Assembly (NCBI RefSeq): GCF_024521635.1
Contig: NW_026250404.1
Coordinates: forward strand, 310,001 to 374,000
Length of the DNA: 64,000 nucleotides
Direction: 5' to 3'
DNA from: Tricharina praecox
Lineage: Eukaryota
Shown here: positions 40,322 through 53,781 of the stretch, one piece after another
Numbering within the stretch: position 1 is the first letter of the stretch
How the letters are laid out: every line of letters begins with the position of its first letter
Made by a program: the position numbers and the translations under genes
The notes under the pieces: model-generated
Told to the model about the DNA's origin: nothing
Database searches by the model: none
What the model saw: the letters and a program-made list of their open reading frames with translations, nothing else

Positions 40322-41451
40322 GCTGGAATGGAGCTGTGTTTGTGCTTTGAAATGTTGTGAATAATAATACGAGGTGAAGAGATTAGCTGCTGCTCCCTCG
40401 AGCTCCGGCCATAAATTTACATGCCAAGGCCGCTACCTACACCATAGAGCTATCCCTGCTTGAGTCCCGAGCCGCACCTTAACCGCACCGCGTCGCTGTA
40501 GCCACGTTGAACTAGCTTCCAAACCCCGTGTCGCTCGCAGTCTTCTAGCCAACCAGTTGCGATGTCTCCTCTCCCGTCGACACAGCCGGTGCAGGTACCG
40601 CTTTGTGTAGCGTCCATAAATCGTCATGATGCCAGTCTCCAAAGGAGCCTGGAGAACACAAAGAGCTCCGCCTAGGTAACAGTAGATAAGGCCGCGATAG
40701 TGTAGATTAGATCCTCTGCTTTAGCAGAATTCCCAGGCTCCAACTAGCTTGACTGTGAGTGTCAGAAGAAGAAGGTGGGGCATGCTGCATTCCCCGCCAC
40801 TACCGGTGCTGCTCGTGGCTTTTAATGACGCCGACGACCTGCATAGTTGGGGGAGTTGGTACTTCCCCGACACTGGCGATGAACCTCACATCTCACATAT
40901 ATATTTCCGTCAGTTCGTCCGGCCTTGAGACATCGTGAGGCTGCGAACACAGGAATGACGACAGAATTTCGCGTTGTCGCTAAGTGATCGGTAAAGAAAA
41001 GGTTAAACCAGAGTCGCCGCTAAGCAGAAAAATTATTCACTAGAACAGAAAAAGACTTTTTTGCCCCACTTCCCATCCCTCCAGCCATGGAGGAGCCCTG
41101 CACCCCGCCACCATCACCGCCTCTGACTTTGTGCTTTTGAGACGCTCACTTTTTTCCCACCCGAAGTCTCTTTCTTTCCCCCCAACGTCCTGTTCCCTTT
41201 GCGTGGTCCGTGCCCACAAAGTTAACCTCTCGCATCCTCCACTCACTTCAAGTTCGCGCCACACAAAACCAGGTCCCCTGTGACATCTTGTTACTGCTTT
41301 CCCAGAAGAGAACCGGACAACTTTAGGTTTCAATTCACATAAACACACGCGCAATCAAGCAAGCAGCCAAAAGTGGGCCCCGTTCCCTCTCATTCGGGCC
41401 TCATATATGCCCTGCGGCTAATGCAGTCTTCACCCACAGGATCCGTACAAC

Positions 41452-43414
41452 ATGTGTGGAATCATCGCGGTGATCCTGGCCGATCCTAATGGATCCGCCG
41501 TCCAAGACATCAATAATGGTCTTCCCATTCTCCAGCACAGAGGACAGGATGCCTGCGGAATCGCTACCTGTGGAACCGGAGGAAAGATCTACACGCGCAA
41601 AGGAAACGGACTCTGCGCTGAAGTTGTCCGCACTCAACAGCACCTCATGGACCTTCCGGGAAACATGGGAATCGGCCACCGTAAGAGCATTCTTTAGAGC
41701 CCTTGTGACTCAATGGCTTGTGGAAACGTGAATTGACACTGAAGTGGATAGTGAGATATCCTACTGCTGGATCGTCCGGAAACGCCGAAGCTCAACCCTT
41801 CTACGTTAACTCTCCCTACGGAATCTGCTTCGCTCACGTATGTTTACACCGGAATTGAACTGTGTCATACCGGGCCGTGGATGCTGACCTTGCCCAGAAC
41901 GGAAACTTGATCAACGCACAGAAGCTCCGCAGTTACCTCGACCACGAAGCCCACCGTCATATTAACACTGACTCCGACAGCGAGGCACTCCTCAATGTCT
42001 TCGCCAGCGCTCTCCAGGAGACTGGTAAGTTCCGTGTCAACGAGGAGGATATCTTTACCGCCTTGAAGGATGTGTACACTCGCGCCGAGGGGGGATACGC
42101 TTGTGTTGCTATGCTCGCCGGTATGTCCACTCACCGATACGACCAAAGTGGCTTGCAATAACAATTGTGATAGGTTTCGGAGTCATCGGGTTCAGAGATC
42201 CGTATGGAATTCGCCCGTTGGTCCTCGGAGAGCGTGATTCGACTGTCATTCCCGGCGGAAAGGATTACATGTTTTCCAGTGAGAGCGTCGCTCTCGACCA
42301 GCTCGAGTTCTCGAACCACATTACCGTAGCTCCTGGTTGGTGGTAATCTCACTTTTCTTACGAGGACCGACTGTTGACTGCGGACAGGTGTGGCCGTCAT
42401 CATAACCAAGGGCAACAAGCCGATCTTCCGTCAGGTCGTCCCGGCACTGGACTATGCTCCCGACATTTTCGAGTACGTCTACTTCGCCCGTCCCGACTCG
42501 ATCCTCGATGGCATCTCGGTCTACCGCTCGCGCCAGAACATGGGACTGGCCCTCGCCGACACGGTCCTCAAGCAGCTGGGAGAGGACGTGGTCAAGACAA
42601 TCGATTTGGTCATCCCCATTCCGAGCACTTCCGAGGTTTCCGCGCTCAGCTTGGCCCAGAAGCTTAAAATTCCTTACTGCCAGGCTTTCGTCAAGAACAG
42701 ATACGTTGGACGAACTTTCATCATGCCTGGTCAGAAGGAGCGCCAGAGGTCAGTGCGCAGGAAGCTCAACGCGATGAAGGACGAGTTCAAGGACCGCAAT
42801 GTTCTTCTAGTAGACGACAGTATTGTCCGTGGAACGACAAGTCGGGAGATCGTCAACATGGCCCGTGAGGCCCAGGCCAAGAAGGTGTTCTTCGCCAGTT
42901 GCGCTCCGCCCATCAGGTTTGTCAGACTTATCTGTTGGAACCGATTCATTGCTTAATCTGTGATAGAAACGCCCACATCTACGGAATCGATCTGGCGGAC
43001 ACTAGGGAACTGGTCGCCTACGACCGCACCGAAGCCGACGTGGCCGAACACATTGGCGCCGACGCCGTCATCTACCAGACTTTGCCCGACCTGATCGAGT
43101 CGTGCTCCTCTCTCAACCCTGCGATCAAAAACTTCGAGGTCGGCGTCTTCAGCGGCAAATACGTCACCCCCGTAGATGCCGACTACTTCGAGCGTCTGGA
43201 GAGCATACGCGGCCAGAACTCGGCAAAGAAGAGGCAGGAGGCGGCGATCTCGGCCGTCGCCGCTGGCGTCGCTAATGACGGAGACGTCGAGACTGTCCTG
43301 GACCGTGTGCGTGCCGCTAACGGAATGGAGAAGGTCCGCGAGACCATGGATGTTAGCATACATAACTTCGGTGACTATGTGGATGTCAGTAAGGAAACGG
43401 TTGGAGCGAATTAG
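41452..43414 (+). CDS. ADE4: Amidophosphoribosyltransferase (6 coding exons; probable 5'UTR intron about 41373-41439)
   Basis: N-terminal [43 protein letters not shown] motif [13 protein letters not shown]. Confidence 0.97.
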
Positions 43415-44010
43415 CCAGCGATGCTTTTTTTCTTCTTTCTTTCTTTTCTTTGGTCGTTCAGTAGTGTTCTGAAGGGATTGAGTTAGCTAACATGGATGGG
43501 GTTTACAGAGGTCATGAGGTAAGATGTTTTAGGTTCCTTACTTCATTTTCTTTTCCTAAGGATATCATTTCTTCTCTTTTCCTTACGGTTCGACTTTTCC
43601 TTACGGTTCGATAACAACTTTCTACTTTCTTTTTTCTTTCGGCTCTTTTTTTTTCATTTCTCCTTTCTTGGGATTTCCTCTTCAACTTCTTTTCGGTGTG
43701 CACGGGGGGTTTAGATGCGTCGTCGGAGTGTGGCAGGCAGGCTACGGACGGGACGGGATGGAACGAGGAGTGATGATCGATAAAAAGTTTACCATCTCGG
43801 TTGAGTGGTGTTGTTGTGTTGTGTTGGCCTGGTTGGGTTGGATTGGGACAGGAAGCCTTTAGATTTGATGGATACGGTACGGCACGGGCTGCGATATGGG
43901 AGGTGTTTCATGGTGTTCACAAAAAAACGTATAGATACTTAGATTTGAAGTTGATGGATTGTGGTGTACAATACACTCATTGTATGTACAGTACCTAATC
44001 AGCTATGTAC

Positions 44011-45423
44011 CTACATCCCCTCTCCGGGACCAAACCCACCCCAGCCAGCAAACCCGTGCGCAAACTGGTTCGCCGCGTTGATGTAAAACCCATCCGCGTC
44101 ACCCCACAGCTTTGCGGATTCCCGCAGCGTTCGCACCACTAATATCGGATGTCAGCTGACTAAATGGGTGTGGTGTGGACGCAAGCAACGAACCCTTTAG
44201 ATAATGCGTATCCGCCGTCTCATCCCCCTCTCCCCTCCCACCCTTATGCGCCAGCGCCAATTTGTACAGCTCGTCCCACTCCTTCCCCTTGTCGCCAGGC
44301 ACCAGCGGCTTGATCTGTGGCCGCTGCTGCGCCACAAAGACGATGCACACAAACAGCCAATGTGCTCTCACCAGGGTTTCGGCCATTCCCACGGGCACCT
44401 CTGTGATGACCGTTCTTGCGGCCCACGCGGTCGTCAAGAGGTGCGCAAGGAAGAAGTCGTACTTCCCTTCTTCGCCGCCGACATCCGCTGACGAAATGAG
44501 GAGCTGCGCGGCCGTCTTGGTTAGGTCCGCGAGGATCACGGGGATGGAGGTCGTGGTGATGAGGAGCGCGGATTGGTATTCGCGCAGCGCCGGGGAAAGC
44601 GTGGGTGAGGAGAGGAGGGGCGCGATGTTGCTCTCGCCTGGGTGTGAGAAGGGGGACTGGGTGAAGCGCGGATCGGTGCGTAGGTGGTTGAGAAGCGTGA
44701 GCGGGGAGGAGGAGGGGGCAGGCGTGGAGGCGCTGGGCGGTGGGAGCGGCGGCGCAAGTCCCGGGTCGACATAGATGTTGAGGTCGTAGCAGGTGGCGGC
44801 GAGCGAGAGTGCTTCCATCGCTAGCTCGCAGCTGTTGAGCTCGTATGCGTATCCCAGGTGGATCAGGGGATGTCCCACTACATCAACCAATCAGCCAGCG
44901 ATCACCGCCATCCAGGTGGACAATACTCACGCCCTCCAATCGCTCCATAGAGCAGCGGGCCCTTCCCGCGGAACATGAACTCGTCGACCACATCCTTCCA
45001 GTCATACCCTCTCGTGACCATCTCGTCCTCGAAGAAGTCGAGATACGCCCTCTGACAGCTCTTGTCGCCCAACCACTCCCTCCACTCGTCCTTCGCAATT
45101 TCATGCGGCGAGTCGATCCAAGGACTCAGCTCCCTCCCGACTTCATCGTACAGTTCCTGCAGGTATGGCGCCTCCGCGCCCATGAGGTATGCGGTGCCCA
45201 GGACGTGCGGAAGGTGGTTGTGGTACGGCAGAGGACCGTAGAGAATCGAGTAGTTGTGATGATTTGCCTTGAGCGTGTGTTTGAGGGTGCGGTCACGCTT
45301 TTCTGTTGAGGTCTCGTATTCCGCTGCCGCGGACACCCGGGGGAGCCCAGAGAACAGCTCGGTGTCCGCGGGCGGAGAGATGACTTTGCTCAGGTGGCTG
45401 ACATAGCGCTGGAAGGGGAGCAT
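44011..45423 (-). CDS. Questin oxidase-like / HypA-AflY family oxidoreductase (3 exons)
   Basis: LKANHHNYSILY...YHNHLPHVLG, YLDFFEDE, GHPLIHLGYAYE, YDFFLAHLLT, DTHYLKVVR. Confidence 0.85.
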
Positions 45424-45823
45424 TTTTGCGGTTTCGGTGGCGGTTGTATAGTAGTTGTGGTTGTGACCGTCGTTGTTCTGCAATTAATCTGTAGATGGTT
45501 TATACCCGCTGTGGTGGATAGGTGCGGTAGCTATGATGAGGTGATGTTGCCAGCTTGTCGTACGTGACGTGATGTCAATCGGTTCCCGCGTGGCGGCTAC
45601 CACCCCAATCCCTGCCGACACTCTAGAGTACCGGACGATCTCCGGTGGGACCGGGTGCGAGTAACCCAGTACCTCCGAGCTTTTTTTTGATTCCTGACAA
45701 ATCCGACGGTAAAACGAAACTTACGAACGACGGGATACTATACACTTTCGTCTCCTCTTCCGTTCACCTCACCTAACTTCTCCTCCTCATCCTCACGAAA
45801 GAAGAAAAAGCACAGCTCCAAAA

Positions 45824-46239
45824 ATGACCAACATCAAAGTCGTCCCTGCGTCCGGTAAGCCCCGGTCCCTCCGTCACCACCACTACCACCACCTGTCACG
45901 TAAGGAAGCTAACGAATGGCGACCACAGCACCGACGAGTCCTGCGCCTGGTATGTACCTACCATTCCCTCTCCCATACTCAACCACCGCCACAGTTCTTA
46001 CGATCAGCAGAAAACGTCGTAGTCCAGCAATCACCCAGCGGCCCGAAACCCTGCTGTACCTCGCCCCTCCCTCCACCCCCACGGAAACCCGCAGCTTACA
46101 AGAAGCAGGCGTCTGTAAGGACGAGAAAGCCGCGCGCGACGAGTGCTTCCTCTTCAGCGACAAGGGCGGCGAAGTGGAGTGTGTGGACAAGATCGACGCG
46201 TACAAGAAGTGCATGGCCGGGTTTGGGTTCAAGATCTAA
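45824..46239 (+). CDS. COX17: Cytochrome c oxidase copper chaperone Cox17 (4 exons incl. 21-nt microexon 45929-45949)
   Basis: KPCCVCKDEKAARDECFLF...C...IDAYKKCMAGFGF after splicing. Confidence 0.95.
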
Positions 46240-46391
46240 GCACTGGCATGAGGAGAGGACGGACGGACGGACGCATAGAATAGACGATGCACGCCCACAG
46301 ATTGATTTTCTGGGATGCTGTAAAGTAGAGAGTAATGTACAATACCACCATATCACATGTATCTCGCCCCAAAACACACACACACACACAA

Positions 46392-48174
46392 CTATTCGGT
46401 CTTCGACTTCTCCTGCGACTCTGTCCACAGCCGGTTCAGCAGCCATGCCCAGGCGATGGTGAAGCAGCCGAAGCACACGACGACATTTCCGACGACCCAT
46501 AGATCCGGAAGCCGCTCTACCTTTCCAACCACGAGCTCCGCTGCATGGAGCGCAATGATAGCCGCGTACGAGCCAATATGCGTAAGCTTCGCGAACCAGT
46601 GCTTCGGTAGGCAGTGAAAGGTTCCCATCAACCACGCGGAGAAGAGCGTCATGACTGTGTACTGCAGTGCGAGTCCGTCGCGGCGCAGAAGAGGCCACAT
46701 GCTGTATCAGTTCGTTAGTGGGGATAGATAGCATGGAAGGGGAAAAGAGGCGAACCTAAATATAGCTACGTTGTTCATCCACGTAACCCAGGAAACGGTG
46801 TCTTCGCCCAATGACCCGGCGAGCAGGAGGGTGGCCGGCATGAGCGGGAGTAAGACGCTCTTCTCGTGCACCTGAAATGAGAACATGAAAAAGCTCCAGG
46901 CACAGGCGGAGAGACCCAGCGGGAGAAGCTGTTTCCTCGGGTACAGGAAGATTATTATGCATGGCGGCAGAATTCCCACCAGTGTCATCAGGAGACTGTG
47001 ATAATCGTCAGCACTAAATGAAGGTTGTAGCTGTAATGTGTTACACACCTGACTCGCTGAAGCGTGGTAGACGCGAATAGCTCCTTGTACTTTACCACCA
47101 CGTTCGTAGCGCACCAGAAGTTGGCAACTTTGTCTTCCCACAGCCCGCGCGCAAAGGGAAACACGCGGAAGAGACATTGGCCCAGCTGCTCGAAGCCGCC
47201 AGACACGACCAGTGGCGCAAACATCAACGCAAAGGTCGCAACCGTCACCGCTCCAATGAAGAACAGCCGACGAATATCAATCCTCGGGAAAACACATACT
47301 CCCAGGAGGTATGCAAACACCACCGGCGCATAGTACAGCGCCATCTGCTTGAAGCACAGCGAGAGAACGAAGAAGAATGACCCCCAGAGGACATGGCCAG
47401 TGATGAAGCAGTCGACTGCGAGGATCGTGAAGCCCAACATGACGGCGTTGTATTGGAAGTGGCCGTGGTCGATCAGCATCAGCGCGGGCTGCATCAGGAT
47501 AGCTGCCAGCGCGATGGACCGGTCGTACGTGCTCATTTGCTTGCCGTAGTTGCGCACGAAGATTACGACGCCTGGGACGTAGGTAAGGTATTCTGACACC
47601 GCGACGGTGGCCCGCATGAATGTTTTGAGGTGCTCGTCATCGAGTCCGCGGGATTTGTGGAGTGCGAACCAGTTCGGATCGATGCGGTTACCACTACACA
47701 CAGGTCAGCACCACGCAGCGAGACGTCTGCCAGACAGAATTACATCACGCCCACAAGCCAGCTATGGTACGCCGTCAACGGCGGGTAGTCGAGGCCCCAC
47801 CAGTCCAGATCATGCCAATACCACACCTTCACCGGCAGCTGCGTTGTAACCTCCATCCAATGTCTCTGCGCCTCGAAATCGCCATGCATTGGCGGTGCCT
47901 TCATTCCTACATCCCATTGCCATCAGCAACAATTCCCTCTTCCTACACGCGCATTCCGCATACCAGAATAAGGCCCCAACCCCACCGCCCAGCGGAATAG
48001 AAACGCGACCATCAACACCACGGGCACGATCAGCCATTGCGAGGCATTCGATCGCAGCGGGTAGACGAGGGAGGCTAGCGGAAATTCATGCGCTGTTGTT
48101 GCGAATGAGACTGAACGTGTTAGGCGGTTCTTCTTCGGATTCGTCTTTCGTGCGGTCGCGGATTTGGGCGGCAT
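46392..48174 (-). CDS. ALG6: Dol-P-Glc:Man9GlcNAc2-PP-Dol alpha-1,3-glucosyltransferase (5 exons)
   Basis: [72 protein letters not shown]. Confidence 0.95.
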
Positions 48175-48575
48175 CGCGTTGCGTGAGTAAGGTGTGAGTT
48201 CCTGGGCTGGACACGTCGTCTCACACGTACTATCTACCACGAAACCCTGTACAACCGAGATCACGTGAGTGGAATAGGTACTCGAGAGATTTATTTTGCG
48301 CTGTCGAAGCAGGCAGGTGCTTTATTTCTTTGATCTCGCTTTTGATATGTTATTATCAAGGCGATTCCTTTCCCTTGCCCGCCGGTTTGGAAATCCGAAC
48401 TCGGGAGCCGTCCGGTAACATGATGCATCACTCGGCACAGTTGCAAGAGACAAATACTGCGATTTTTGGACCCGTAAAAGACAAGCATTGACATGGATTC
48501 ATTCTCCGCACATACCACCCTGTGCAGTTGGAGTTGATCCGAGCTTTCCCTCCAGGACGAAACCCAAAAGCCGGT

Positions 48576-48996
48576 CTACTGCTCCTTATTCTGCGCAAAA
48601 AAGAAGTTCGCACCTGTTATCGCAGTCAGTCACCACTCTTCCTTTCAGACAATCATCAACATACCAACAAGCTTCAGATCGTACTTGGCAGCCCACTGAC
48701 TGACGCCATGCCTCTGCTCCTCATTCCCCCACTTCTTCCTCTCCTTGGGCCCCTCCATCTCTCCCGTCTTCCCGTCCTTGTACAGCAAAAATACATATCT
48801 ATGCTTTCCCGTCTTCTCCGGTGGTGCCGGGCCCATATACTTTACGATCTGCTTTGCCTTGGACACGTCGACGCTCACCTCCATTGCCGACTCCGCCTTG
48901 AGCCCGGTTATGATCCAGTGGCAGAATTCGGACCATTTGGGGTCGTCGCGGGAGGGCGCGTCAGGGTCGGTTAGTACCTGGGATGGTGTGAGCGGT

Positions 48997-49029
<33 letters not shown>

Positions 49030-49553
49030 CGGCAATTGAAGGGGTACATACAGCGGTGTAGGTGGCCGCCCCGTCACCGTCGGGAGCTATGCGGATGAAT
49101 GGCTGCTCCTGTGTTGCGTCGGGATCGAGCGTGTTGCCGAGGGAGACGGTCTTGCCCTTGGGGTACTCAACCGAGAGGAGTGCGGTGGGCGTGAAGTCGT
49201 CGACAACTGTTATCATTCAGCATTTTGTCGTAGCCGTGTAGCTGTGGTCCGATAGCTCACCATCGGGAATGATCTGATGTTCCTTCAACCTATGTCGCAT
49301 TAGCAAAGCCCGCAATAAATATACCTCAGCGGAGGAACACCTACGTTCCCCGAAGCGATTGGTTGATCGTCATCTACCCCCGTTTGGTCAATACGAGTTC
49401 CTCCCTTCTCCGAGGGGTATAGCTCACGAGGGGCATGCTGCGAACAAGCGGTGCGATGCGTGGTTTACCAGATGTAGGTATGACCGCCTTCTTGAGTAGC
49501 GAGGAGGAGGACTTGAAGAGTATGGAAGCTGTCGGGCGGAAGACCGTAAACAT
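48576..49553 (-). CDS. Phosphatidylethanolamine-binding protein (PEBP/Tfs1-like), multi-exon; alternative in-frame start at 49436
   Basis: IIPDVVDDF, LTDPDAPSR.DPKWSEFCHWI, YMGPAPP..TGKHRYVFLLY, LVGANFF. Confidence 0.9.
48997..49029. repeat. G33 homopolymer (C33 in the pre-mRNA) inside a PEBP intron
   Basis: Direct reading. Confidence 0.9.
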
Positions 49554-50973
49554 CGTTTCAGCGGTCTGATATCCGTATTCTATGAGGTGGGGGAAGACGG
49601 GCGCGGTGGATCGCAATGGACGTGGGTACACACACGCAGGGATGACGTAGTTTCAGGTGATTAGGGATCTCGGGGCGGAACTTTTTTTTTCCGGCGAAAG
49701 AGGAAGTGAGTATCAACATCTCTCAATAATTCTGCAAGTTCTACAACTGCCAATTGAGGCCTCTACCCGTGTCTCCAGCCAAGAACGAGAGCTAGAGCCC
49801 GTCGCAGAGAAGGGACTTTCTACAAATGGCCGCAGTGTACGGCCGTCCAATATGAACGGGTGTACGGGCGCCGTACAACACCGGTAACTTGCAGACTGCG
49901 AAACAGCATATTCAATGCACTTGAGGCACGCTGGCGAAGCACAGAGTTTCTGCAGTGGTAGGCATGGAGAACAGGGTGCGCTGAGAGGAGCTGGGGCCAG
50001 AGTGGATGGGCAGTCTTGGGCCGTGGGACTCCACTCTGATACCGGAGCTTGAGCTGGCACGTTATATACATCTTCCACGGACATGGTCCAGACGGAGGAA
50101 GTCAAAAACGATTCCGGCGGGTTGATTCTACGGCTGTTCTGCACATCATCCATCTGTGATCAAGTCAAACAATCAATGATATTCAACGACCCGGTGCAAA
50201 AACCATACGATGTTGCAGCGCTAGTTGTCTGTTAGCTGTGCAGAGAGGAATGATGAGAGAAATTCAGGGGAAGGCCTGCTTCTACTTATCCCCCGAAGCT
50301 CGGGCCCAAGTCCGTAGTATGTAAACCTCCGTTCACCGGACCTAAGCGAATACCCACGGTGCTTATCCCGACGGAAAGGAGACGACGTTGTGGGTATCCG
50401 CAGAGAGACAGTTAAGGTTCACCTGTATGTAGCTCCGCTGCCTGCATCCAATCGCAAGGTCCGAAGGGATTCGCGCGAATTTGGCGTGAGGTATGAGGCA
50501 CGAGGCGTGGTCCCGCGTGGAGCTCTACTAGTAGGGCTAATCGGGTTCGTGGTGGAGCATGGGCGAGGTCGGCGAGACGGACAGGCCGCGTTCGTTGGCG
50601 TGACTGTGAGCGGGGTCGGTGGCACATCACGTCTGTGACGGATGAGGGGGGGTTGACAGCTGGCGGCTGGCAGAGCGGGGAGAAGGAGGAGACACAACAT
50701 CGAAGTTGCTCGCTCGATAGCGGCGGTAGTGGTACAAGCGGCTGTTACCGAACTTATCTCCCGGACAGCAGCGAAACACGCCAAGCCCCTAAGACCTGGC
50801 AATGTCTTAGTCAACCCGCATGCTGCCGAGTTGTTGTCTGAAATGCTAACTTCGTTCCGCCACATGCAAGATCTTCGAAAAGAAATCTCCAACCCCGAAT
50901 CTCCAAACACCAAACATCCTCCTCCGCTTCGTCCAGAACCCCCAAATCGGACTCCATTCTAGCTGCCCTCACC

Positions 50974-53781
50974 ATGGCTTCTCTCGGGTAACCCTCCGCC
51001 GCCCGCTCTCTTGTTGCTTCCGCCGTGCTCACAGTCCGACAGGGAAGATCTGCTTGGGGTTGTCAATAAACTGCAGGATCTGGTAGCTTCCCCTCCGTGC
51101 CCCACCTGCGCCCCCCTTCAAACCTTGACTGACAACTCGACAGGTATTCAATACCATCGGCACCGATTCAGGTCTTGATTTACCGCAAATTGTACTCGAT
51201 CAGAAGCTCCGCCTCGTGATGCGCGAAGTCCACTAATCTCGTCTGTCTATCCAGGTCGTCGTCGGTTCGCAGAGCAGCGGAAAATCGTCGGTGCTCGAGA
51301 ATATTGTCGGGCGGGATTTTCTGCCTCGTGGTGCCGGCATTGTCACTCGTCGTCCACTCATCCTTCAGTTGATCAATATACCCAGCAGCAGTGAGGTGGA
51401 AGGCGACCAACCCGGACAACCGGCTCCGCCAGAACAGCCCGAATTCGGAGAGTTCCTACACCAGCCCAACCGACGCTTCTATGACTTCGCCGAGATCCGT
51501 CGGGAGATCGAAGCCGAGACGGCCAGGATCGCGGGAAGTAACAAGGGAATCAACCGAAGTCCCATCAACCTGAAGATTTACTCTCCCCATGTCTTGAGTT
51601 TGACTTTGGTCGATTTGCCTGGTCTCACCAAGGTAAGCTAGCTAACCGTTCGAATGAAAGATTGTCGATCTGATCGTGTGTGCTTGTAGATCGCAATTGG
51701 AGACCAGCCGGCAGATATCGAAAAGCAGACTAGGAATCTTATCTCCGAGTATATCGCCAAACCGAACAGTATCATCCTGGCCGTATCACCCGCGAACGTG
51801 GATATTGTCAACTCCGAAGCTTTGAAGATCGCTCGGCAGGTTGATCCTCAGGGCAAACGAACAATCGGTGTGCTCACAAAGCTGGACCTGATGGACCACG
51901 GCACCAATGCTTTGGAGATTCTGTCAGGCCGTGTTTACCCGTTAAAACTGGGGTTCATCGGTGTGGTGAACCGGTCGCAGCAGGATATCCAGGGCAACAA
52001 GCTGTTGGTTGATGCTTTGAAGGCGGAAGCGGAGTTCTTCAGATATCACCCCGCTTACCGTAACATGGCCCACCGTTGTGGAACACAGTTCCTTGCGAAG
52101 AGCCTGAACAGCGTATGATACCTTACCAGTTCTTCGGGGCGTTCTCCATTGCTAACGTAGTATTCGCAAGACTCTGATGGCGCACATCCGAGAGAGGCTA
52201 CCAGACATCAAAGCTAGACTCAACACCTTGATGGGTCAGACGCAACAAGAGCTCGCATCTTATGGGGATATGCACTTTAGCGGGAAGGAACACAGGGTAC
52301 TGCCTCTGTCCACCATGAACCACCTAGACGTTCGCTAACTTCAGCAGGGTTCCCTCATTCTGCAGCTGATGACTCGGTTCGCCAGCTCGTTCATTGCGTC
52401 TATTGATGGTACCTCTTCAGACATCTCCACCAAGGAGCTTTGCGGTGGCGCCAGGGTCTACTATATATTCAACAGTGTCTTCGGAAGCTCGTTGGAGTCG
52501 ATTGATCCTACACAAAACCTCTCTGTGCTGGACATTCGCACGGCGATCCGGAACTCGACCGGTCCCAGACCCAGTCTGTTCGTCCCCGAATTGGCGTTCG
52601 ACCTGCTTGTCAAGCCCCAGATCCGGCTACTGGAGAACCCTGCTCACCGCTGTGTGGAGCTCGTCTACGAGGAGCTAATAAAGATTTGCCACACATGTGG
52701 AAGCACCGAGCTGTCGAGATTCCCGAGACTGCAGGCCAAGCTTATCGAAGTCGTGAGCGACCTTCTCCGGGAACGGTTGGGCCCGACGTCCCACTACGTC
52801 GAAAGTCTCATCGCCATCCAAAGGGCCTACGTCAACACCAATCACCCGAATTTCTTGGGTGCGGCAGCGGCGATGTCGTCGGTTATCCAGAGCAGGCAGG
52901 AGAAGGAACGGAAGGCACAAGCATACGAAAGACGGAAAGAGCGTGGCGATAGACGCAAGCCAACTGTCCTGCATACGGCCACTGCCAATGCAGCTCTCAA
53001 CGGAGCTGAAGGAGCTGATTTCGATGAAAATGCTCAGAGCGTTGTCGCCAGCAACCACACACACAAGCGAGTGCACTCTCGGTCCATGTCACCTGCGCCT
53101 GGGCACTCCATCGAGACTGGGCCTGTGTCAGGTGCCATTAATGGCAGACCCAACACCCCTCATTCGTTCGGAGGAGGAGGAGGAGGAGCCGGCGGAGCTT
53201 CGGCAAACAAGGCTACCGATTCTTTCCTGAACTACTTCTTCGGACAAGAGAAACCTCAGAGTGCCGGTGGTCCGATGTCGAGAGCCGTCCAGGAGCAGGC
53301 ATTCAGCCCTAACTCCCGGAGACTCGACCGAGTGGAGCGTGAACAGAGCTACGATGTTGCCCAACTCTCGCGAGACTTCGACGATACCTCCATGGTGACT
53401 AGCACTAGCGCCCTCCTTGCCATGATAACGGCTGACCACCCGCCCCCGCAGACACAGCAGCAGTCGCCAATGAACCCGGAAGAGGCAGCTCTCACAGACC
53501 GGGAACAGCTGGAGACGGAACTCATCCGTCGGCTGATTTCGTCATACTTCAACATCGTCCGTGAGACGATTGCCGACCAGGTGCCCAAGGCTATCATGCA
53601 TCTCCTCGTCAACCACAGCAAGGACGCAGTCCAGAACCGGCTCGTCACGGAACTTTATCGCGAGGACTTCTTCAACGATCTGCTCTACGAGGACGACAAC
53701 ATTAAGGCCGAGAGAGAGAAGTGCGAGCGGCTACTGGAAACATACCGTCAAGCGGCCAGGATAGTTAATGATGTTGTTTAA
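50974..53781 (+). CDS. DNM1: Dynamin-related GTPase Dnm1 (mitochondrial/peroxisomal fission), about 8 exons
   Basis: [66 protein letters not shown] ...[13 protein letters not shown]. Confidence 0.95.

Noticed and set aside
45570..45690. Possible Pol III/snRNA gene ending in a T-run
   Set aside because: No tRNA cloverleaf, A/B boxes or snRNA signature recognised; lies in the oxidase/COX17 divergent promoter
50729..50962. 77-aa ORF just upstream of DNM1
   Set aside because: Non-ATG start, no recognisable motif, out of frame with DNM1; probably promoter sequence
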